Source: Cyanobacteria bacterium auto_48_18 (lineage in GTDB: Bacteria > Cyanobacteriota > Vampirovibrionia > Obscuribacterales > Obscuribacteraceae). From it: DNA of 64,000 nucleotides. This document shows positions 9,000-18,259 of this stretch, in pieces. The DNA is taken from contig JAVHQC010000020.1 in assembly GCA_036170915.1 (NCBI GenBank), positions 32,001 through 96,000 on the forward strand, given 5' to 3'. Below the pieces are notes generated by a model. That model saw only the letters and a list, made by a program, of their open reading frames with translations, had not been told where the DNA came from and did not search any database. Every line of letters starts with the position of its first letter. Within the stretch, counting starts at the first letter, position 1. A program made the position numbers and the translations under genes.

Positions 9000-10334
9000 T
9001 TATGTTTCTCCCGCAGCGCGGGCGATCTCTTTAAGTGCGGCGTTTTTTTGCTCGTTGATCAGGGCTACCAGTTTTGTGGTCGAATCTTCAATTTCGTATT
9101 TAGCGCTTTGAGTATCAGCGCTAATTTTAGAAAGAGAGCGCTCATATGCGCTTTTCATTTCAGTGTCTACTTCAGAACCAACGTTTGTTAAAGCTGCAGC
9201 GGCGTCTTTCATCAAATCGCCCAGATTGGCTTCAAAACCGTTCCGAATGGCTATGAGCTCAGAGCGTATTTCGTTAATGACACGCGATTTTGCATCTTCT
9301 AGTTGTGCTCTGACCAATTCAGTTTCACTGACTTTGCCGTTCATGCGAGCGACAAAGGCCTGCATGTCCATTTGTACTCGCTCTTTAACGTCTTCGCATT
9401 TTTTCTTTAAGGCACGGTTGCTAGCCACTGAAGCTTGAGACAACCTGGCAGTGGCGGCATTTGTTTCTTCACGAAGCTGAGTGGAAGTATCGCGAGCAAG
9501 TTCTTCAACCTGCTCACAAACACCACTAAATTTGTCTTTCAAAGCTGATTTATTGGCATCACTGGAGGTGCTGAAAATTTCATTGATGTCTTTTTCAATT
9601 TCTCTGAGAATGTCATCAATTTTCTGACTGAACAAGTCAGAGTCACTTTCTAGATCACTTTCAGATGTTTTTGAATGCGATTCTAGGCGGTCGAATTCGG
9701 CTTGGAAGTCAGCGTTGAACCTTTGCATCAAAGTCGAAAAGTGACTTTCGATGCTGTTTGCCTTTTGCATATAGTTTCGAAATAGCGCGCTGTTAGATTG
9801 CTTTTCACTACCGCGCGATTCCCACAAACTGTGGTCTAACTTTTGCTGCAGCGAATTAGCAAAGAAGCTGGCCTGCGAACGCAGTCTTTGGCCGCTGACA
9901 TAATGCTGAGTTTCCAGATCTACGGCTGCGCCTTCAACAACGCTTGAGTAATGATCGGCCGCCCGCATGAAGCTGTCATCTAAAGTGCTTTCGTGTCCGA
10001 TCTTTAGATCTTCGATTGCTCGTTTAAGATCATCATTGAACAAAGCCAGGCGCTCGGTCAATTGCTTAAGATGATTTTCTGTCGCCACTCGCTCTTTTTC
10101 AGCGCTGGCTCGCAATCTCTCCGCTGCTTCCTTTGACTGTCTTTTGATTTCTTCTTCACCGGCGGCTGCTTTAGCAGCCACTTCCATTTTTGATTGTTGC
10201 TCAGATTCCTGACGTTCGTTAACGTGTGCTGCAGCTTTATTGGCCAGCTTCGAAGTTGATGATTCTTCCAGCTCATTTAGACGAGCGGAGCCCGAGTCAT
10301 AAATGTCTTGAAGCTTTTTACCTGCGAAAGTCAT
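9000..10334 (-). CDS. Hendecad coiled-coil (apolipoprotein-like) protein
   Basis: 444 aa, proline-free. L8, L19, L30, V52, I63, L74, L96, I107, L118, Y129, L140 and L151 show 11-residue periodicity. Confidence 0.85.
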   Translation of the reverse strand: MTFAGKKLQDIYDSGSARLNELEESSTSKLANKAAAHVNERQESEQQSKMEVAAKAAAGEEEIKRQSKEAAERLRASAEKERVATENHLKQLTERLALFNDDLKRAIEDLKIGHESTLDDSFMRAADHYSSVVEGAAVDLETQHYVSGQRLRSQASFFANSLQQKLDHSLWESRGSEKQSNSALFRNYMQKANSIESHFSTLMQRFNADFQAEFDRLESHSKTSESDLESDSDLFSQKIDDILREIEKDINEIFSTSSDANKSALKDKFSGVCEQVEELARDTSTQLREETNAATARLSQASVASNRALKKKCEDVKERVQMDMQAFVARMNGKVSETELVRAQLEDAKSRVINEIRSELIAIRNGFEANLGDLMKDAAAALTNVGSEVDTEMKSAYERSLSKISADTQSAKYEIEDSTTKLVALINEQKNAALKEIARAAGET

Positions 10335-10365
10335 TAACCTTATCTTCCTCTGTTATTGATCTTTT

Positions 10366-11787
10366 TTATTCATTATCGAGAGACAACATGGCACTCTTGT
10401 ATGCCATCACCGCCAGTGCTGCTGCCCTGCCCGATTCTTCTATTATAGGCAATTTCAAGTTTAGCTCAGACAACTCATTGTGGAAGTTTCTGGTGATGCG
10501 CTCAAGGTCTGAGCGCATGATACGCACCTGCTTTTCCAGCGACTCAACAGATGAGAGTCTGATGCTTTCAATTCTCTCGTTACTGCCCGCTGATGAGCGA
10601 GAAAATTCACTTTCAGTTTGTTCCACTTGCCTGCGGAAAGTTTTGATCACTTCAGCACCATGAGCCCGCAAGCGGCTGTTGAGCTTATCGATAACCTCGG
10701 GATTGGCTGGTAGACGATTGCCCGAAACCATCAAATTAATTTTCGACTCTTGAGCCATTCCGGCTTCAAATTTGATGAAGAGGCGATCAATCTCATCGGA
10801 TAATTTGCTTTCAACTCGCCGCAAGGAGTTGTGCACAAGTTTCTGATTTACCAGCATACGTGCCTTCGCTGAAGCGGCGATGCGATTGATCTCGTCTTGC
10901 GAACTGAGCAATTTTTTCTCTACTTCATCACTATATTCTTTGAGAAAGCGTGATTGACTTTCGCGGCTGCCCTGCTGAAAACGAGTTTTCATTGCTGTGA
11001 GCTGTTCGCGCCAGTGAGCAATATGTTCGTCTAAAACTTGATTGTTGGTCTGGCGTGCCTCGTCAATATTCTTAGCTCCACGCTCAATCAAGGTGGTGAT
11101 ATCGCGGCTGGCGGTTTCGACGATGTCGCCCAATTGCTTTTGCACATCTTCAATTTTTTCATCAAACTGGCTGCTGTAGCGTGCCAGATGACCATCAACC
11201 TCAGCTTTGGAATTTTCAATTACCGATTGAGCTGAATCATCGATAGTTTTTGCTTTATCAGACATTCCATCTTCATAACTCTGCGAGATGGTTTCAATTC
11301 TTTCTTTGCCGGAACCTGCCAGCTCAGTAATGCGGGCAATTCGTTCGCGGCTACTTTCATAAAGATTGGCGTGGGGCAAATCGATCATGCCGGCCAGCTC
11401 TTCCAGCTGAGTTTCCATAATTTCGTTGAGGGCGTCTGTGGCCTCAAGTAATTTATCGGCAAATCGCCGCCTGATAATGGCAGCACCTTGCATCAAACGA
11501 TCTGACTCAGCAGTTTCGAGAGCGCTTATTGTGTCGAGAGTCTCGTCTCGTTTGGCTTCCAGGTCATTTCCGTGAGAGTCGACCAGGTGACCACTCTGCT
11601 GAATGACCTTCTCCAACTGCAGAGCCAGCCCTCGATCGATGCCTTCGCTGAAATCGTGAAGCTGGTCAAGGCATTGAGTGACGGTACGTTCGAGCTCGGC
11701 ACTGGCTTTTTCCAGGGCTTCGATCATAAGGTTTGCTGCTGATCCGAAACTTTCAGACCGATTCGCTTGAGAACTCTCCTCAGCCAT
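10366..11787 (-). CDS. Hendecad coiled-coil (apolipoprotein-like) protein
   Basis: 473 aa. L32, L43, L54, L76, I87, L98, F109, L120 and L131 show 11-residue periodicity. GAGGAA RBS upstream. Confidence 0.85.
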   Translation of the reverse strand: MAEESSQANRSESFGSAANLMIEALEKASAELERTVTQCLDQLHDFSEGIDRGLALQLEKVIQQSGHLVDSHGNDLEAKRDETLDTISALETAESDRLMQGAAIIRRRFADKLLEATDALNEIMETQLEELAGMIDLPHANLYESSRERIARITELAGSGKERIETISQSYEDGMSDKAKTIDDSAQSVIENSKAEVDGHLARYSSQFDEKIEDVQKQLGDIVETASRDITTLIERGAKNIDEARQTNNQVLDEHIAHWREQLTAMKTRFQQGSRESQSRFLKEYSDEVEKKLLSSQDEINRIAASAKARMLVNQKLVHNSLRRVESKLSDEIDRLFIKFEAGMAQESKINLMVSGNRLPANPEVIDKLNSRLRAHGAEVIKTFRRQVEQTESEFSRSSAGSNERIESIRLSSVESLEKQVRIMRSDLERITRNFHNELSELNLKLPIIEESGRAAALAVMAYKSAMLSLDNE

Positions 11788-11964
11788 CTATTCCTCAACC
11801 TTCCATTACTTTGTATCTGCACTTTTTGATCAAGACTAGCTTACAGCCGTAAAGGCCTGGAAGAAACCCTTGAATAGGTAAATGACTAACTAAAGCTATG
11901 CCATTGCCAAGGCAGTTATGCCCCCTTTTTTCCGCCCTTAATCTACACTGGCAAGAAACCGGCT

Positions 11965-13428
11965 TTATGTTGAGCTGATTTGTTTTTCGGCTTCTTTCGA
12001 ACGTTGGCGATCGAGCCTGGCCAGGCCCGAAAGTGCGGCTTCATTGATTGTTTCAGAAAGTGTCGGATGAGGGTGAATGGCGGTAACCAGGTCTTCCAGA
12101 ACAGCCCCCATTTCAATTGCAACCACAGCTTCTGAGATCAGATCGCCGGCGCGAGGCCCGACCATACCGACGCCTAAAACCAGTGAGGTGGCAGGGTCGA
12201 AAATTACCTTGGTGCTGCCGCCGGTGTCAGCAATGGTCATAGCTCTGCCGGAAGCAGACCAGGGGAATTTGGCGGCTGAAACGGTGATACCTTGAGCTTT
12301 CGCCTCGGTTTCTGTGAGACCACACCAGGCAATTTCGGGTTCAGTAAAGACCACTGCTGGAACGCAGCGATTGTCATAAGCGGATGGTTTACCCGCCAGC
12401 ACTTCGGCGGCTACGTAGCCCTGACGAATGGCTCGGTGAGCAAGCATTGGTTGACCTGAGATATCACCGATAGAGAGAATGCGTTTATCTCTGGTGCGAC
12501 AGAATTGGTCTGATAATACGAAGCCATGGGCATCCACCTCGACTTGTGTGTTCTCCAGGCCAATGCCATCTGAATTAGGGCGCCGGCCTACTGAAATTAA
12601 AACTTTGTCTGCGCTTAATTTCGCTGCACCATCTTTACTTTCTACGCTAATTTCGACACCACTTTTGGTGACTTCAATACTGTTTACTTTAGTGCTGAGA
12701 TGAATGGCTTTAAACATCTCAGTCAATTTGGTGGCAAGTGGTTTAACCAGGTCACGATCAGCGCCTGGTAGCAGTCCGTCGGTCATTTCCACAACTGTAA
12801 CTTCACTACCAAGGGCAGCGTAGACAGTGCCCAACTCAAGGCCAATGTAGCCGCCACCAATAACAATAAGGCTCTTCGGCACGTCGGCTAAATTTAAGGC
12901 CGTAGTGCTGTCTAATATGCGTTCGCTGCCTAAGTCTTCTTCTTTCTTGAAGAGCTTTGGCAGAGCCACAGGTCTTGATCCGGTGGCCAAAATGCAATGT
13001 TTAAATTTGATGCGCATGGCTGATTCGCCTGGGCAATCAACACGCACGCTGCGTGAATCTTGAAAAGTAGCCTTGCCGTGCAAAATTTCTACTCCGGCGC
13101 TTTTGCACATGCCGACGATGCCCTGAGCGAGCTTATCTATGACACCAGTTTTCCAGGTTTTGAGAGCGGGCAAGTCAATTTCAGGGGCACCAAATTTGAT
13201 GCCGATTTTTTCTGCGTGTTTGGAAGAGTAGATTACTTCAGCGGCATGCAATAAGGCTTTTGAGGGAATGCAGCCCATATGCAAGCAGACACCACCAGGT
13301 TTTGGTGCGGCATCTACAAGAAGAGTTTTGATGCCCAGCTCAGCTGCGCGCAACGCAGCGGTGTAGCCGCCCGGACCGCCGCCAATCACTACCAGGTCAA
13401 CTTCCTGCACCATCTCTCCAACGACCAT
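11965..13428 (-). CDS. lpdA: Dihydrolipoyl dehydrogenase (E3)
   Basis: GGGPGGY, GGVCLHMGCIPSK redox disulfide and HPHPTLSE motifs. Confidence 0.97.
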   Translation of the reverse strand: MVVGEMVQEVDLVVIGGGPGGYTAALRAAELGIKTLLVDAAPKPGGVCLHMGCIPSKALLHAAEVIYSSKHAEKIGIKFGAPEIDLPALKTWKTGVIDKLAQGIVGMCKSAGVEILHGKATFQDSRSVRVDCPGESAMRIKFKHCILATGSRPVALPKLFKKEEDLGSERILDSTTALNLADVPKSLIVIGGGYIGLELGTVYAALGSEVTVVEMTDGLLPGADRDLVKPLATKLTEMFKAIHLSTKVNSIEVTKSGVEISVESKDGAAKLSADKVLISVGRRPNSDGIGLENTQVEVDAHGFVLSDQFCRTRDKRILSIGDISGQPMLAHRAIRQGYVAAEVLAGKPSAYDNRCVPAVVFTEPEIAWCGLTETEAKAQGITVSAAKFPWSASGRAMTIADTGGSTKVIFDPATSLVLGVGMVGPRAGDLISEAVVAIEMGAVLEDLVTAIHPHPTLSETINEAALSGLARLDRQRSKEAEKQISST

Positions 13429-13437
13429 ATTTGCCTC

Positions 13438-14895
13438 CTAGGCTTCTAAAACAAATTTGAAAGGATCTTCCAGCAATTTGACCACGTGTTGGACAAAATA
13501 GGCTGCTTCCGCACCATCAGCTAGGCGGTGGTCAAAAGACATGGCCAGAGGCAAAATGGTGCCGATGACAATTTGACCATCTTTGACAATCGGTTTCTGA
13601 CTGGCTCTTGCCATACCCAGGATAGCCGCTTCTGGGAAGTTGACCATGGGCGACATGGACGTACCACCTATGGCGCCAATATTAGTCAAAGTAAAGGTAC
13701 CGCCCTGCAGGCGATCCAGTTCTACTTTACCGGCTCTAGTTTTGGCGGCAATGTCAGAAAGCTCCACGGCAATTTCATAGAAACTTTTTTGATCAACGTC
13801 ACGAATCACAGGCACAATTAAACCGCGTTCTGTAGCCACGGCCACGCCGACGTTATAGTAGTGCTTGACCACAATTTCGCCGGTATTTTCATCAAGGCTT
13901 GAGTTAAATTGGGGATACAACTTAAGTGCGCTAGCCAGTGCCTTGATGGTGAAGACGGTGAGAGTCGGTTTGACTTTAGTGTCACCTGAGCGGGCGGCAA
14001 ATTCTTTTTCGTATTTGCCGATTAGAGCCGTGAGTTCACTGACGTTAGCTTCATCAAAGTGAGTTACATGGGGAATATGAGTCCAGGCCTGGGTCATATT
14101 GATAGCAATTTTGCGGCGAATAGATTTAAGCGGCAGGCGCTCTACTTTGCCGAATTTAGCAAAGTCTGGATATTCCACCGGCTGACCGGCATTATTGTTG
14201 AGCGGAGCTAATGGGGCTGCAGCACCACCAGCGGTGCCATACTTTTCCTGCATTGATGCAGAGGAGGCTGGTGAATTAGAGTTAGAACTAGAACTAGATT
14301 TAGAAGTAGTGGTAGAACTTACCGTTGTGGAGGGGCTGGATTTTGACGCCCCATTGCTTTGAATTCTTGACTCAAGCGAGCCGGCGGCAAAAGCCATAAC
14401 ATCTTCTTTCAATACCCGACCGGCAGGGCCGGTGGCATTGACCTGATGCAGGTCAACTCCCAATTCACGCGCCAGGCGACGTGTAGCAGGTGTGGCTGGT
14501 ACCGGCCTGCTATTGTCTGGTGCACCATTAGCGGTGCGGCCGGCAGTTACCGCTTCTTTAGCCACAGCAACTTTAGCTTCTGCCGCTTTATCAGTTGTCT
14601 CAATACTGCCTACAGCTTTTTCATTTTCAGCGGCAGCATTTTTAACGGCTCCTTTGGCGGCAATATCATAAGCAATCATCACACTGCCCACGGTTACCGT
14701 CTGGCCGGTACTGACGTGAATCTTTGCCACGGCCCCAGCATAGGGGGAAGGAATTTCTACTACTGCCTTGTCGGTTTCAACTTCAAAGATAATCTGGTCT
14801 TCTTTGACCATCTCGCCTTCTTTAACCTTGACACCAATAATCTCAGCTTCATGAATGCCTTCACCCAGGTCAGGCAATTTAAATTCAACCGTCAT
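13438..14895 (-). CDS. Dihydrolipoamide acyltransferase (E2), single lipoyl domain
   Basis: ETDKA lipoyl motif, ATPATRRLARELGVDL E3-binding domain and FDHRLADG catalytic motif. Confidence 0.95.
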   Translation of the reverse strand: MTVEFKLPDLGEGIHEAEIIGVKVKEGEMVKEDQIIFEVETDKAVVEIPSPYAGAVAKIHVSTGQTVTVGSVMIAYDIAAKGAVKNAAAENEKAVGSIETTDKAAEAKVAVAKEAVTAGRTANGAPDNSRPVPATPATRRLARELGVDLHQVNATGPAGRVLKEDVMAFAAGSLESRIQSNGASKSSPSTTVSSTTTSKSSSSSNSNSPASSASMQEKYGTAGGAAAPLAPLNNNAGQPVEYPDFAKFGKVERLPLKSIRRKIAINMTQAWTHIPHVTHFDEANVSELTALIGKYEKEFAARSGDTKVKPTLTVFTIKALASALKLYPQFNSSLDENTGEIVVKHYYNVGVAVATERGLIVPVIRDVDQKSFYEIAVELSDIAAKTRAGKVELDRLQGGTFTLTNIGAIGGTSMSPMVNFPEAAILGMARASQKPIVKDGQIVIGTILPLAMSFDHRLADGAEAAYFVQHVVKLLEDPFKFVLEA

Positions 14896-14932
14896 TGTCC
14901 ACCTTTATGAATTGATACTAGCTCGATAGATA

Positions 14933-15913
14933 TTAGAAAGAAAGGGTTTCGCGACTGGCAGCCAGAACCCGCTCTGGATCAGGCAAGAAGAAGCGTTCTT
15001 TGGAGAAGTATGGAATCGGCACATCGAATCCGGTCACGCGTTTAATTGGTGCTTCAAGATATAGAAGTGCTGCTTCATTTATGCGTGCCACCACTTCGGC
15101 ACCAAGACCACAAGTTCGAGGTCCTTCGTGCACCACAACAGCGCGGCCGGTTTTCTTCACCGATTCGATAATCAGTGTGGCGTCCATGGGGGCGATGGTG
15201 AGCAGGTCAATAACTTCAGCTTGCACACCGTCTTCTTCTTCGAGCATTTCGGCGGCTTCTAGAGTAGCGCGCAGACTGGCGCCGTAAGAAATTAAAGTGA
15301 TGTCTTTGCCTTTCCGTACAACTTGAGCCGCTCCAATGGGCAATGTTTCCATAGCTTCAGGCACTTCTTCTTTAAAGAGGCGATAAATTGCTTTGGGCTC
15401 GTAATAAATGACCGGATCAGGATCTTGAATGGCGCTGTGCAAGAGCGCTCTGGCATTGCGAGGTCCTGATGGAATAACGACTTTCAAACCAGGAGTGTGA
15501 GCATAAATCGCTTCACGGCTTTCAGAGTGATGCTCAAGTGCGCGGATGCCGCCGCCGTATGGAGCTCGCATTACTACGGGTACGGTGACCCTGCCTCTGG
15601 TGCGGTTGCGAAAGCGCGAAGCATGGCATTCCAATTGGTGGAAAGCGTAATAATCAAAACCAGAAAATTGCATTTCGCAAACCGGACGCAGACCATAGAT
15701 GGCCATGCCGATTGCAGTGCCCATGATGCCTGATTCGGCTAGAGGAGTATCAAGCACACGCTTATCGCCAAATTTATGAAAAAGACCTTCGGTAATGCGG
15801 AATACACCTTCATCAGGCCCTACGTCTTCGCCCATGACCACAACTTTGTCGTCTCTTTCCATTGCTTCGAAAAGGGCAAGGTTAATGGCCTTTGCCATAT
15901 TCATTTGTGCCAT
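14933..15913 (-). CDS. 2-oxoacid (pyruvate or branched-chain) dehydrogenase E1 beta subunit
   Basis: GEDVG..GVFR, DTPLAE and HHSES motifs. Confidence 0.95.
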   Translation of the reverse strand: MAQMNMAKAINLALFEAMERDDKVVVMGEDVGPDEGVFRITEGLFHKFGDKRVLDTPLAESGIMGTAIGMAIYGLRPVCEMQFSGFDYYAFHQLECHASRFRNRTRGRVTVPVVMRAPYGGGIRALEHHSESREAIYAHTPGLKVVIPSGPRNARALLHSAIQDPDPVIYYEPKAIYRLFKEEVPEAMETLPIGAAQVVRKGKDITLISYGASLRATLEAAEMLEEEDGVQAEVIDLLTIAPMDATLIIESVKKTGRAVVVHEGPRTCGLGAEVVARINEAALLYLEAPIKRVTGFDVPIPYFSKERFFLPDPERVLAASRETLSF

Positions 15914-15965
15914 TGAAATTCTCCTGAAAATTTAAAAGTCGCAAATTCGTTCAAGCTAATTTGAC

Positions 15966-17105
15966 TCAGTGAGCGTTAGCTTTTTGCGGGCTGACACCAG
16001 AATTATTTTTTGCTTTTTCCACTTGAGCCAGATGGTTTTTCAACTCTTCTCTTTGCTCATTGAGATAAGGCGGAATATCGTTGTAGAGATAGTCGAACAT
16101 GGAGAGTGGATTGGCCAGCTCTTCGCTTTGAGCCATTTCTTCAACGCGCACAATTGACGCTTTGATTACAGCGTCTAGTTCGGCTTCTAATTCTTGCAAC
16201 TGTTTTTCGTTGTAGACGCCTTTGGCAATCAGATATTTGCTGAAGCGTGCCAGAGGTTCTCGTTTGGTCCAGAGCGCACATTCATCGTCGCTGCGATAAC
16301 GCTTTGGATCATCAGCGGTGGTGTGCGGAGTGAAGCGATAAGTCAAACCTTCAATCAAAGTTGGCCCCTCGCCTCGTTTAGCACGGGCCACGGCTTCTTG
16401 AGTGGCCACATAGACGGCCAGCACATCATTGCCATCAACTCTAATGCCAGGCATGCCATAAGCAATGGCGCGCTGGGCAATTGTTTCGTTGCGCATCTGT
16501 TTAGCGATTGGCACTGAAATGGCATATTGGTTGTTGAGACAAACAAAAACAACTGGTGCTTGATAGACAGAGGCAAAATTCATGGCTTCGTGAGTGTCGC
16601 CTTCAGATGAGGCACCATCTCCAAAATATGTCATTACCACACTGTTGTCGTTGCGCAGTTTCATGGCCATACCGAGGCCGGCGGCGTGAAGCAACTGGCT
16701 GGCAATAGGCACGCAAACCGGCAAATCATTGACACCTTCTGGTGGCATGGCGCCTTCTTCAAAACCATTCCAGTAAAGCAAAGTGGTCTCAATAGACCAG
16801 CCACGAAACAGCAAACCAGCCAATTCGCGATAAGCAGGAACATGCCAGTCGGTTTTACCCAGGTGGATAGCCGAGCCCATAGAGATGGCTTCGTGCCCTG
16901 AAGATTGTGGGAAAGTACCCATTCTGCCCTGTCTTTGCATCAAGAGCATGCGCTCATCGGTGCGCCGTGCAAGCAGCATGTACTTGTACATGGTCTTCAA
17001 AGTTTCAGGAGCGATTTTAGGCTCGAGAGTTTTGTCGAGTTTGGCATCCTCATCCAGAATGGAGAGATACTCGATATGAGGAAGCTCAATCTTTGTTCTT
17101 GGCAT
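15966..17105 (-). CDS. 2-oxoacid (pyruvate or branched-chain) dehydrogenase E1 alpha subunit
   Basis: TPP motif GDGASSEG...NNQYAIS and YRFTPHTTADDP phosphorylation loop. Confidence 0.95.
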   Translation of the reverse strand: MPRTKIELPHIEYLSILDEDAKLDKTLEPKIAPETLKTMYKYMLLARRTDERMLLMQRQGRMGTFPQSSGHEAISMGSAIHLGKTDWHVPAYRELAGLLFRGWSIETTLLYWNGFEEGAMPPEGVNDLPVCVPIASQLLHAAGLGMAMKLRNDNSVVMTYFGDGASSEGDTHEAMNFASVYQAPVVFVCLNNQYAISVPIAKQMRNETIAQRAIAYGMPGIRVDGNDVLAVYVATQEAVARAKRGEGPTLIEGLTYRFTPHTTADDPKRYRSDDECALWTKREPLARFSKYLIAKGVYNEKQLQELEAELDAVIKASIVRVEEMAQSEELANPLSMFDYLYNDIPPYLNEQREELKNHLAQVEKAKNNSGVSPQKANAH

Positions 17106-17374
17106 AGAGTCGACACCGTTTTTATGGGTTTGTATCTGCTTTACTTGGGCTCAGTCTGATTTTTCACTCTCTCGAAATTTTTCTCTTGAGCTAATGGCGT
17201 GGCCATTGGCTTTCGTGTTAACTTCTTCTACTTGACGATGAGTCTCAGACCAGGCAAAGTATGTCATATATAGGCCGCGGGGGACTATAAAGGTTTGTGG
17301 AAAATTCTCAGTGGATAATTCTCAATGGATGAGAAGCCAAAAGCGGCTGGCGATGCTGCAAAGCTTAATATTGC

Positions 17375-18259
17375 ATGAATGCCAAAGTGACAATTGAAAA
17401 GGCCGATAAGCTGCCGAAGCCACCCTGGCTGAAAGTCAAGCTCCCTACCGGAGAGCCTTACTGGCGCGTCAAAGAGCTTCTTGACGAGAACGATTTGCAT
17501 ACCGTTTGTGAATCGGCTGCTTGCCCCAACAGAGGTGAATGCTGGGCCCGAGGCACTGCCACTTTCATGATTCTCGGCAATATATGCACGCGAAGCTGTG
17601 GATTTTGTAATGTGATTACGGGCAAACCCACCGAGCTTGACCTTGATGAGCCGCGGCGCGTCGCTGAAGCGGTGCGCAAGCTATCGCTTAAGTATGCGGT
17701 GATTACGTCTGTCAATCGCGACGAGTTAAAAGACGGTGGCGCGCAAGTGTGGGCTGACACCATCGCCGCCATTCGCGCTTTAAATCCTGATACCGGCATC
17801 GAAGTTTTAATTCCTGATTTTTGTTCCAACTGGGACGCCTTGCAAACCGTGCTCGATGCTCGGCCTGATGTGCTCAATCACAACATTGAAACGGTTCCAA
17901 GACTTTATCTGGAAGTGCGACCTCAGGGGCGCTATGACCGTTCACTGGAAGTACTGGCAAGAAGCAAAGCTCAAGGTCTGACCACAAAGTCTGGTTTGAT
18001 GATGGGCCTTGGTGAAAGCGATGATGAAGTTCTTGAAGTGATGAAAGACTGGCGCAAAGCTGGCGTAGACCTGGTTACGCTTGGTCAGTACATGCAACCC
18101 ACTGATAATCATCTGCCGGTTCGACGCTACGTTGAGCCTGCCACTTTTGCATTTTTACAGCAACAAGGCATACTCATGGGTTTCACCAATGTCTTTGCCG
18201 GGCCGCTGGTGCGCAGCTCGTATCACGCTGACGAACAGGCCAGTCAGAATTTGCTTTAA
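17375..18259 (+). CDS. lipA: Lipoyl synthase
   Basis: CESAACPNRGEC auxiliary cluster motif, CTRSCGFC radical SAM motif and RSSYHA. Divergent from the dehydrogenase operon. Confidence 0.97.
   Translation: MNAKVTIEKADKLPKPPWLKVKLPTGEPYWRVKELLDENDLHTVCESAACPNRGECWARGTATFMILGNICTRSCGFCNVITGKPTELDLDEPRRVAEAVRKLSLKYAVITSVNRDELKDGGAQVWADTIAAIRALNPDTGIEVLIPDFCSNWDALQTVLDARPDVLNHNIETVPRLYLEVRPQGRYDRSLEVLARSKAQGLTTKSGLMMGLGESDDEVLEVMKDWRKAGVDLVTLGQYMQPTDNHLPVRRYVEPATFAFLQQQGILMGFTNVFAGPLVRSSYHADEQASQNLL

Noticed and set aside
4357..11787. Coiled-coil genes as SMC/SbcC, phage tape-measure or chemoreceptor proteins
   Set aside because: No Walker motifs, hinge, TM segments, MCP hairpin signature or phage neighbours, and the periodicity is 11 rather than 7.
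14270..14345. Hexamer-like repeats in the E2 gene
   Set aside because: They encode an ordinary Ser/Thr-rich flexible linker.
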